A program made the translations under genes and the position numbers. A stretch of DNA of 64,000 nt from Octopus sinensis (taxonomy: Eukaryota), in assembly GCF_006345805.1 (NCBI RefSeq), contig NC_043015.1, positions 46,004,001 through 46,068,000 of the forward strand, in the 5' to 3' direction. Each line of letters begins with the position of its first letter. The stretch's first letter is position 1. The notes beneath the pieces are model-generated. The model did not search any database. It had not been told where the DNA came from and saw only the letters and a list, made by a program, of their open reading frames with translations. Below, piece after piece: positions 12,665 to 24,239 of the stretch.

Positions 12665-13119
12665 ATTTTTAATTTGAAAACAAAAAAGAATCGAAGTCTT
12701 CTGCTTTTGACTTAGAACTGTTTCTGTTTTTGTTAATTGTTCTCTGTTGATGGATTATTATGGGAGGGAAGAAAATATACAGTTGGCACCAGAAGGAAGA
12801 AGATTATTTTCGACATGCTAGAATTCTGCCCAAACCACACGAAATCTAAATGAAAAAGTCATCCCCCTCCCTTCAAATGCTGCAAAGTGTGTGTTTGTGT
12901 ATGCATGTGTGTATATATGCACATGCATATATAGAAATATGTACACACATGTGTATGTATGTATGTATATATAGATATATATATCTCCGTCCAACCCGTG
13001 CTAGCATGGAAAACGGACATTAAACGATGATGTATATATACACACACACATATATAGAAGATATGTATATATATATATATATGTATACACACAAACATAT
13101 AGAAGATATGTACACACAC

Positions 13120-13162
<43 letters not shown>

Positions 13163-14069
13163 TACATATACTCTCTTAAACACGTGCACACTTGCTACCT
13201 GGATGTTGAGGAAATCTCTCCTGAAACGAAAAGGGAATACCCACTCCTCATCTTTCCACACGCCCCTCCTGCTCTACTTCTCCGTCTATACATCTTAGAC
13301 TTTCTCTCTTTCTTGAATTTAACCAATGTTTACTTTTTTCTTTTAAAACTCAAATTGGTCTGTTTTTTTCCTCCTCGTGCTAGTGCAGACAAATTCAGTT
13401 TTGATTACTCCAGCTTATTTCTTAATCATTTATAACAAAAACAATGTCTATTGGTTTAACCAATTTTCAGTCTTTAACAAAGATCTCTGTAGTTTTTTTT
13501 TTTTTCATTTATTTATTGCTGAAGTTAATCTTGTAGTTGTTTCTTATTACTAATAAGGTATTACTAACACTTTGAGATAAAAAAGTTGTGCTCTTTGAGA
13601 TAAGTAGAGGGTAACGGTCATTATGTGGTATTTTTCCTTTCTTTCCCTTTTTGCCCACCTTCAAGACATATTCACCATTAGACAAGGAAAAGTAGCCGAT
13701 AGGATTTTAGACAACCGTTGACATCAAGATATGTATTATCTGAGAAACTCATTTTTGGGAGAATGCAACATTATTTTATTTGTTTTAAACCAAGCTGTTG
13801 TTTAGCGATGAAATATAAAATTAACTGGAAAAAAAAAACTGCACTCTGTATATAAATTTTACATGCGGTCTCAAAGTTAAGTCTTGTGATAAGACTCTAC
13901 AATTCCATCTTCTGGAGTTAAAATATACATTCCAGTAAATATATATTGAAGTGAAATGCTACTGTATTTCTAATTTAGTGTAAATAAATCCATGCCAGTT
14001 TGTTGCCGCAAAGGCTGCGCTCTTAATCCAATCAGGTGGTGAATCATGTACTCAATTTTATCTCTTAAT

Positions 14070-14611
14070 TTAACCCTTAGTGTTCAGACAATTCAATCAA
14101 ACATAATGCCTATTGATTCCCATTGATTTGAATTAATCATGCATTATCTCATCTCTTCAAGATCTTGATGGTGTAATTACTTAATGTAGAATAGCATTGT
14201 AGGGTAGGTGTGAGAGCCTGGATCTGGTTAGTTTGAACATAAAACAGATTAGCTATTTTGGCCGGTTTAAATACTAAAGGGTGAAAGTGCTAGTTTTTAT
14301 GTAGCTGCAGGCATTGTAAATTGAATATCATGAAATCACACATGATATTGCCATAGATTTCATATAAACATGAAGTCTAGTAATAAAGGAATTGAGTTTT
14401 AATTGCCCCTTTAGCATTCAGATTGCTTATTTATTCACATTGTTTTGAATTTATGATTCATCATCTTTAGCTTTGAGATGTCGATGTGATTGTTTACTTA
14501 CAGACTGATATTGTAGGGTTGGTGTAAAAGGTTGTATTTGGCCACTTTGAGAATAAAACAAGTGGAATATTTTGGGCTGGATATGGGCAGCTTTAAATGC
14601 TAAAGAGTTAA
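14070..14611. mobile_element. two degenerate piggyBac-like MITEs of a second family (a further copy at 27615-27834)
   Basis: TTAACCCTTAG..CTAAAGGG/GAGTTAA termini; the two interiors are similar. Confidence 0.6.
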
Positions 14612-15739
14612 ACTAGTGATTTTTATAAACAAAAATGAGTTGCAATTATGCTTTGTGCTGCCAAGAAATAACCTGGAAAATGTATTAATATAGAACGCAA
14701 GAGTGCTTTTTTTAAAAAAAATTTTTTTTAGTACATTTAAAACTCAGCATTTGACGGGGAATCGGTGTCAAGCATGAAAAGCACTATACAAAGTTTAACA
14801 CTTGGTTTGCTTTTCAAGCAGGGGCTAGCACCTTGTTTAAGACTTGACCGCCTATTTTGATTTCTTGATTTCGAAATCCTTTCAGAAAAAACTTAAATGG
14901 AAAATGTCATGCCTAGACTAAGTAAGCCTAGATTAACGTACCGTTTACTAGTAGGATCTTGTGGTGTAGAGTGAGTGTTGAACTGGGTTGGCATTTGACA
15001 TTACAGCTCCTAACTAGATAACAAAATTTTGCTGAAGCTATCTTGAGTAAACTAATTGTGCAGTGTGAAAGGGAACGGGGAGCAGCTTCTTAACTATCTA
15101 GCCATGGGGTAGATTTATCTCAGCTTTAATGCCATGAGATAACTTCCATTTCTAATGCCCAAATAAAGAAGGTTAGGTCGGAGAAAGAAAAAAAAAATTT
15201 CCCCCTACCCAAAGCTTTTCCTCCTGCCCGCCCCTCCCCAACTTTTTTTTTTTTTTTAATACATAATTTTTTTTTAATCTTTAATTTTTAGCATGTGCTT
15301 CTTAATCCAGGCATGAATAATAATAATATAACTAGCACACTTTTGATTCTCAAAAGGTTCAGTAATGTCTAAAAAAAAAAAAAAAAATCAATTTAAAAAT
15401 GCAACTCTGAAATGTTTCTCTTAATAATCGTAATGCGGTTTTTGTTTCAAAATGACTAACATTTGTCTTTTTTTTTCTTTTTCTTTTTTTTTTTTTTTTT
15501 CCACCTTTTTTTAACCTAGCTGGCAACTAACCCTATCATCCTGGTCACAAAAGCCCTGAAACCCCCTGTTCGTGTTGTAGACTTCAACATTGCCGGGTGG
15601 GATGTTACAGAAGGCGCAGGTGGGGCGTGTTGCGGCCGACAAGCAAAAAAGCAAAAAAAAAAATTTTTTTCTAAAAAAAAAAATTTCTTAAAAAAAACAA
15701 AAAAAAAATATTTATATATATATATAAAAAAAAAACTTC

Positions 15740-16030
15740 TATTATTACTACTACTACTACTACTCCACCTCGCAGTGCACCATGACTACCACTTCTACTA
15801 CTATTACCACCACCACTACTACTTCTACCACCACTACTACTACTACTGCTGCTACTACTACTACTATTACTATGACTACTGGCATCAATTTATCAACAGC
15901 TGTCCATTTCCACTCCATCCTTGTCAGTATTACTGCCAGCTGTCTTGTGGCCAAAATGGCATAACTACCACCACCACCACCACCACCTACTACTACTTCT
16001 ACAACAACCATCTTCTTCATCATCATCTAC
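15740..16030. repeat. (TAC)/(CAC) trinucleotide repeats in the QKI 3' UTR
   Basis: Direct inspection. Confidence 0.9.
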
Positions 16031-19000
16031 ACCAAGCACAGCAGTTTGTCAATGGAGAAAGCAGAGATACGAGAACCAACAGAAAAAGGAACAACAAATT
16101 AGTTGAAACATGATGGAAACTTTCAAAAAAAAAAAAAAATGCCTTTTGGGTATTTTAAAAAATATAAAAAACCAAAAGAGAGCGAAAAAAAAAAAAAAAC
16201 CACAGCCAATGCAGATATGATGACATTGGATTCGATATCTTTATTTTTGGAAGAAAAAGTGAATTTTCAAATCCTTTTCTTTTAAAAAAAAAAAAAAAAA
16301 AAAATCTTTTTTTTTCTCTCTCCATTTTCAAGGATTTTCATCTTAAAGTGAGTTTTTTTTTTTTTTTTTCCCTCCAATTTTTAGTTTGTCTCCTTCACAA
16401 ATATATACATATATATATTTGTGTGTGTGCATGCATGTGTATATGTGCAGATATAAAAGGAAAAAAAAAATCTACAATATGCAGCAGGAGATTTTATTAC
16501 AGTAGTAAAAGTAAAAGTGCCTATTTTGAATTCTGAACTTTTTTTTTTTTTTTTTTTTTTTACTAAAAAGAAAGATAAAAAAAGAGACGAAAAGAAATGT
16601 CTGTTTATATTAACTAAAAAAAAAAAATGTTTTGGTTTTATTAACTGGCAAATTTGTCTTATTGAATTTTGGTTTTTTATTAACTTCAATTAATAACTTC
16701 ACAAGTGAAATGGAAGTTAGTGTGTCTGAGGTTTAAGGAAGAAAAGAAAAATGGGGAAAGAACTAAAAGCATATTATTCTCTGAGAGCTTCAAGAGTATC
16801 TCCTGTCCTTCCACCATTTTCTATCTATATCTCACTTTTCCGCCACCATTGGCCCTTCATATGAAGGGCATGGAATTGGTTTTAATTCTTTTTATGGTGG
16901 ATCTATGTAAGTTTTGTTCGGTTTCTTTCTTGGTAATTAAAAATTGCCTTCTCCTTTCTACCTCTTGAAATTGTTAACGTAGGATGTATAAAATTTAGGA
17001 TTCTACTTGCTGCTCTACATCTTTTGTTATTGCTAACAGTAAACACTCGGACGTAATAGAATGTTCTCCCTGGTTACTCTCTTGCTTTCTGCCCCATCAC
17101 TACAGTCTTTCACATTCTGTATCTGTAATTGCTGCTTCATCAGGGTCTAATGTGTGATGTTCTGTGTAGGCTCATTATGTATGGCATGGTCAAGGAAATA
17201 GTCGGAATGTTTTCCTTGTGCCATTTACGAAACATGTGCACATGTTCATGTGTCTACATTGGCAACCTGTCAGCTACTGTTTCCCGTTTTAAATTTGAAA
17301 ACACACATACATACACATGCTCTCTTTCTCTCTCACTCTCTCTCTCTCTTTAATTACTTTATAAGATATCCAGGGCAATGAACAAAACTTAGATCTATCC
17401 ATACATATTTCTAAAACAATTTTTCTTTCGTATCTTCTGTCTGAATATCCTTGAAAGTTTCTGGCAGATGTTATAGCAAGCTATGGTTTTCATTTTCTTT
17501 CTTTTTCTGTCTTCCCCACTCTCAAGAAATTATCACGGTGGTATTTGTAAGTACTTAAGCATTATTTCTCACAACTTGTAAATTTGTTTTTACTATTGAG
17601 GCTAGTTGACGTGATGCATCTTTTCCCCCTTCCTTATCTTTCCCCATCTTTGTGCAAGGAAGGAGTTGTCAACAGGAAACTAATTTCCCCTCTGTTCAAT
17701 ACATTATTATTACCGCAGGTGGTGTCATTAGCAGAACAACCACCCCATTCTCTGGTTAACTTTGGCTCTCATCCTTTCAGAGGTTGATAAAATAAAGTAC
17801 CAGTCATTTACTGGGGTGGGTTGACAGTTTCAACTAACCTCTTCCCCCCATCAAAATTGCTGGCCTAGTGCCTAATTAGAAATATCATTTTGAAATTTAA
17901 TGATCATTTTTAACTTTTTGTTTCTCTGAAACTGTTTTAAACATATCAACAAGGAAAAACAATGCTGTACAGGCAATATTTTCGAAATCGTCTCTTCTGA
18001 TTTTAGTGCAGGTCTATGCACTCATATACATATGTATGTATATAGTCAAAACAGTGTTAAAAAGGGTGCTAAGTTATATAGTATTAAGAAAACCAAATTT
18101 GCTAAACTTTAGTTCGTGTTTTCTTAATTTCCTTTTTTTTTTTTTCTTTAATGAAAAGGGGGCTGGGGGTGGATAATGGTGCTGAAAATATATTTGTCCA
18201 AAAAGAAAAAAAAAAGACACTTCGGGTGACTGACAAGGTCTCTCTGTCACCTTCAAAAATTCTTAGGTTGGTTTGTAGATCCCACCCACCCACCCACCTA
18301 CTACTTCAGTTCTAGTAATGCCTTTCATTTTTTATTACTATTGTCCCTGTCTACAAAATGGTGTTTGTTCCCTAGACTGAGTCCAGTCCACTGCATTGGC
18401 AACTCTTTCGGAAGGATTTTTTTTAGATTTTAGGGTTTCTTTCTCCATCCGAATGAAGATGTAATCGCTACTTTTTGTTTGGATGAAGTTATTGCAATTT
18501 CTATGGAACCTTCTGAAAATGAGGGTGTTTGTATATACACCCTTAAGGGGTTTTCTGTCTTTTGCTTTTTTTTTTAAGCAAAATTATTACAGAAAAAAAT
18601 ACACCTTACTTAGAAGAAGAAATAATCCCACCGAAAAATTATTTTTTCTAGTGTTTTTTTTTTTTATTTTATTTTTACTTTTGTTCACTTTCATAGTTTT
18701 GTGTGATTGTCCTGTAACCAGATTTCTCTTTTTTTAATAATTTTATTTTACATTATCAAATTATTTTTGATTCATTTCCAAATGGGTTGCACTTAAGGAT
18801 TATGGGATATTTTGGCTCTCTGGACTTTGAAAGAAAAAAAAAAAGGGATTTTTTTTTTTTCAGAATTTTTTTTTTTTTTCTTCTGCATAATTTTTCATGT
18901 TAATGTAATCACCTGAAAACAAACACAAAAAAAAAATTTCAAAAAAAAAAAAAAACCAGAAAAGGTAAATATCAGTTTTGAAGAGTCTATTTATAAAATA

Positions 19001-19126
19001 TATATTTAAAGGAGTTTTAAAAATACATGGATTTAAATAATAAAGAAAAAGTTGAACTGTGGAGACATCTTACAGGAAAGTCCTGTCACCTGACATTATA
19101 TATATATAATATATGTATATATATAA

Positions 19127-19160
<34 letters not shown>

Positions 19161-19824
19161 ATCTAACTCTTGGGTGATTATCTTAGTGGCATGAGAATCT
19201 CCCAAATGTCACTGGCAAGATATGCTCTCTTTTTTTAATTGTGCCTTATAACTGCATGTACTAAATCCGGCCCCCCCTCCAAGAGAAGCTGATTAGAGCT
19301 TTGCATATTTTAATAAGAAGCATATTTTTGTTACCTTGCTGAAAAGAAACTATACTTGTGCTGTTATTTTCATATCTCTAAGAAGGAGCATAATAATAAT
19401 AATATTAATAATAATAATATTAATAATAATAATAATAATAATAATATCAATCATTGCAGCCAACTAACTTTTTTTCATTTTATTTTTATTTTATTTTTTC
19501 CCTTTCAAAAAAAAAAAAAAATTCTAATAGATTTGACTTGAATCTCATCTCACTTCTTACTAATTCTGATGTTAAGCCCTGTCAAGTCATATTTGGTGAA
19601 TAAACAACAAGGATATATAAGATGATAATAATAATAATAATAATAATACTATTGGTAGTAAAGTTGAAAAGAAAAAAAAACCCCAAAGTTTTTTTTTTTT
19701 TTAAATACAAAGACCAGTATGAAAGAAAAAAAAAACAATTAAGGCACTTGAAATAATGTCTGGCTATGGGCTGACATTTTAGAGTTGACCATTTTCCATA
19801 TTTTGTATCTTCTTTTTAGTGAAA

Positions 19825-19830
19825 AATAAA
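19825..19830 (+). terminator. candidate QKI polyadenylation signal
   Basis: AATAAA with upstream TGTA and downstream U-rich tracts. Confidence 0.5.
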
Positions 19831-22800
19831 CTGGTGTTGCTAGCCAACTTGATTTCTTCTACACTTTTCTTTACTAACACTTACTAATGCTTTTTTTACT
19901 CTTTTTTTTTTTTTTACATTTTTATATTTTCCTATTTAATGTTATTCTTTTCTCTTTTTGGCTTCCCTACACGCTCACATGCTTTTTTTTATTATCTTTC
20001 TCTCCCTCACCCTTACCTAATAATAATAATAATTTTGGTAGTAATGAGTTCAGAATTTCAGTTGAATTTTTTTCTTTACAGAGACTTACAATTCTCGTCA
20101 GCATTTCCCATCTCGTTAGGCCCTTGCCCGTTCTTATATTTTATTTTTACATTATTATTTATTAAACAAGAAATTTTCAAAATAGCTCTTATGTGGTCAC
20201 TGCTGAGATAAGACGTGTATATATATAGATTTAGATGTATATGTATATAGATTAAGATATATATAATGCAGATATATATATATATTTCCACATTCGATGT
20301 TTCATGTTTGGCTTGGAACAAGAAGGCTCTTAAATCCATTACGCTAATGTTTCATATTCTTAGTGTCATTTTCAAATTAGACTGCTGTTATGGTGTCTGG
20401 GTTGCATGTTGCGCAGTAAATTGCAAAGGATCTCAGGGATATTTTGATACCTGATAAAAATCCTCAATGCGGGATTTAAAATTATAATAGTAAATCCTGT
20501 TTTTTTTGTTTTTTTTTTTTTTTTTTTTTATTTAAAAAAAAACTCTGGTGTGGCTGTGTGGTAAGAGGCTTGCTTCCCAACCACTCGGTTCCAGTTTCAG
20601 TCCCACTGCATGGCACCTTGGGCAAGTGTCTTCGATCACCTCAGGCCAGCCAAACCTTTGCGAGTGGATTTGGTAGACAGAAACTGAAAGAAGCCCGTAT
20701 AGGTTTGTGTGTGTGTGTGTGTGTTTCTCTCCCTCCCCTGCCTCAGTACACTTGACTCTGGTGTGTATATGTGCCCATAACCTAGAGGTTCGGCAAAAGA
20801 GACTGATAAAATAAGTACTGGGCTTATAAAGAAGTCCTGAGGTTGGTTTCACCATCTAAAACCCATTAAGGTGGTGCTCCAGCATGGCTGCAGTCAAATG
20901 ACTGAAACGAGAAAAAGAATATATAGATACAAAATCATGGTAAAGCACTGAATGCTAAAGTGAAGACTGGCAGCCTATTCTACATCCTATAAGGTCAATG
21001 TATTTGACAAATTTTTTTGGTGTTATTTTTCTCCTAGATTCATTTTGGAAATGAACTTTATTTAATTTAAAGAATTTTTTTTCTGTTTTGCTGCCTGGGT
21101 ATCTCCATCTAAGTAATCAGACTTTGTAGATTCAGTAAATTTATGCCCTTCGCAAAAATACTTTCAGGTTTAGAGTTTTAAATCTGTAATCTCAAAATGT
21201 ACGATGGTGTCTCCAGCATGGCCAAAGCCTGCAGGTTGAAACTACAGGTACACCACTAATTTTTTTTGTTTGGTTTTTGTCTCCATCCCTTCCCTTGTAT
21301 CCTTGGTTCCCGAGCCTTGACACATTAACCATTTTGCTAGACCATCTGTGGTCATATAATAAAAAAAATTCATCAACACACCTCTAACATAACATTGTAC
21401 AGTTTCAGTGAAGGTACAAGGGTATTTGGCTCTTGATTGTAAGGCCCTGATCTTGATTCCCAGTGGAGTGTTGTGTCCTTGAGAGCAAGACACCTCATTT
21501 CACATTGCTCCAGTTCACTTAGCCTGTAAAAATGAGTTCTGTGCCATGCTGAGTCTCAATACTACAAGAGTATGCATATCTGGGAAGTGCTCACCCACGA
21601 TTACATGAGTAGGTTATTCCATTGGTGAGATCAACTGGAATACCCCTCATCATAACCAGAGTGCTGGTTAGTTGTACAGTGTCCATACATCTTAAAATGC
21701 CACGACCTGCCAGGAAACTTAGATTGAATGAAAACAGAGTATTAAACATCGTTAGATGAAATAGAGGTAATTGTGCATTACATTTGTACATTTCTTAATT
21801 GCTGTACTTAAAATGAATGCTACAGCATTATTGCTCCCAAGTTGGTAAATTTTAGGATTTAATCAGAAAGGTCTTGACAGTGAGGGTCATTAGAAATACT
21901 GCCCCATTTCGAAGTTGATCATTTCATCTTACATTTTGGATATTGCAAGTGAGGCATCTGTTTGCATTAACTTTAAGATCTTGTCCCCTTTTACTTCCAC
22001 TATCATAAACTGTAGGTGAAATAATATCACACCTTACATACTGTAGCACCGTGGTTCCTTTTTTTTCTTTTATATTTTACATATTGGATGTGGAGTGGTT
22101 GTCATTAGGAAGGGCATCCAGCTGTAGAAACTCTGCCAAATCAAGATTGGAGCCTGGTGCAGCCATCTGGTTCGCCAGCCCTCAGTCAAAATCGTCCAAC
22201 CCATGCTAGCATGGAAAGCAGACGTTAAACGATGATGATGATTGATATGGATCAGTTTTTATATCCGACCCTACCAGTGACACCCTCTGTTCTCTTACCT
22301 GTAGTAGCCATAGCTAAGGGTAACTTTTTTAAAGCTCAATAAAGGCAGAGCCTCTCTTAGAATTTCGGTATTGCCACTAACAAGTGTAGTGTAAATGATG
22401 CATGTGAACATATGGCGCACGTAATTCCACCTGTGGTTGTGCAATGAACTAGATAGGCAGCCATGAGAATCTGAAGTTCTCTTTTGTAATTTATACAGAC
22501 TAATAGAGGTGCCACACTATCTGTTGCTGGATGTAATTGTAGAGTGTGTGTGTATTTATTTATATAGGTTAATTTTTAACATCCAGTTTTCCATGTTAGC
22601 ATAGGTTGGATGAATATATTGTAGAGGCCTTCGGATATTTGGGATGTCTTTTTTTTTTTTCTGTCCTTTCTTACAAGTAAGAGAGAACTCTTATTTTGCA
22701 CACCTTCGATGGTACAAAACCAAGCAATTATCTGTTGACGGGTTAAATGACAAAAACTGTCGCAGCTTGTAGTTCAGTGCAAATGAAATGGGCACACACA

Positions 22801-24193
22801 CATATGACAGGCTTCTTTCAGTTTCCATCTACCTAATCCACTTAAAAGGTTTTGGTTGGCCAAGGGCTATAGCAGATACTGCTTCGAGGTGCCATCACAC
22901 AGGATTGGAACTGGACCAACTAGGAAATGCACTTAATCACATTGGCATGTCCATGCATGCATACACATACACGTGTGCACAGGGATGGCTCTGTGGTTAA
23001 CAAGGTTGCTTCCTAACCACATGGTTTCAGGTTCAACCCAACTGCACAGCACCTGAGGCAAGTATTATTTACTCTAGCTGTGGACTAACCAAATCCTCGA
23101 GTGGATTTGGTACATGGGAACTGGAAAAGACCCGTTGTGTGTGTGTGTGTATACAAGGTTTGTGTCTTCCTGTCTTGACATTGCATGATTGTTCTAAACG
23201 GCTGTAATTCCTGTCCAATATCCAGCAAAAACATATAGGGCCCCAAGGAAATATTGTTATTTGGTGACAGCAAGGGTATTTGACTGTAGAAAAATTTGCC
23301 TCGATAAACTTCATCCATCCAACCTATGCAAGCATGGAAAATAGATGTTAAATGGTGACACATTTATTCATTCCTGTAGGATGATTGGTTCATAGGAACA
23401 TGGTTTGGCCAGCAAGAATATAGAACTGAGAAGCCTGAGTGTTTAGCACACCTCATTCCTTAGCTGTGAGTCTAATAGAAAATTGTGTTAGACTTGGTTG
23501 CGGATTTTGTAATAAATATACACACACACACATTCACTGTTGAAAGCTGAGAAAACGTTGCAAACGTGTAGTTTCTAATCTTCACCATTAATATTGCTTT
23601 TGCAGAAATGTTACGAATTTGGACAAATTAAAACCATGTTAATCAAAGAAAGCAAAAAGGAATAGTGAAATGTAGCCTGAATAATTCTGTTCACTAACTT
23701 TAAATTTTAACTCATTTGTATTATTTTTTTTCTAGTTCATGCTATGCACTTTAACAGTTATTAAATTAAAAATTAAAATTTTATTTAAATAAACAAACAA
23801 ACATTCTTAACAAAATCTGTTTAACCTCTTAACACACCCACTGTTCACTCTCTTCTCTAATATCTTAAATTTGAAAATATAATGTGCTAAAATCTGATAG
23901 TTTAGTATTGGTTATATTGGAATTCTTCCAACTACAACTTCTGTTAGTAATGCTCTTGCAATGGTTAACATATCAAAGCCATATATCAAATGCGTGTGTA
24001 TAATATATGTGTATGTATGTATATATATATATGATATAAATATTTTTTACCTTCACCCATTTAATACAATAAATGAATTGCATAGCAATTAAAAGCATTT
24101 ATGTATTAAGAATTTGGGTACTTTACCAACAGTATATTGAATAACTGATATCCCATAGTGGGTTACATTCATAAACCCTATCTTACTTTGTAC

Positions 24194-24239
<46 letters not shown>

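Larger units (their letters stand above)
15520..19850 (+). other. QKI: QKI terminal exon: (A)GN* at 15520-15530 followed by a ~4.3 kb 3' UTR
   Basis: Branch-point consensus ACTAAC at 15455-15460, long poly-T and CCTAG acceptor. It starts CT GGC AAC TAA CC, like the recalled vertebrate QKI-5 last exon. AATAAA at 19825-19830 is followed by U-rich sequence; the 3' end is approximate. Confidence 0.75.

Noticed and set aside
15520-16113. 197-codon open frame starting exactly at the QKI last acceptor (LATNPIILVTK...)
   Set aside because: It needs a phase-0 donor and only a weak AGG|GTGGCT at 10794 is available; the frame crosses unstable A-runs and TAC repeats.
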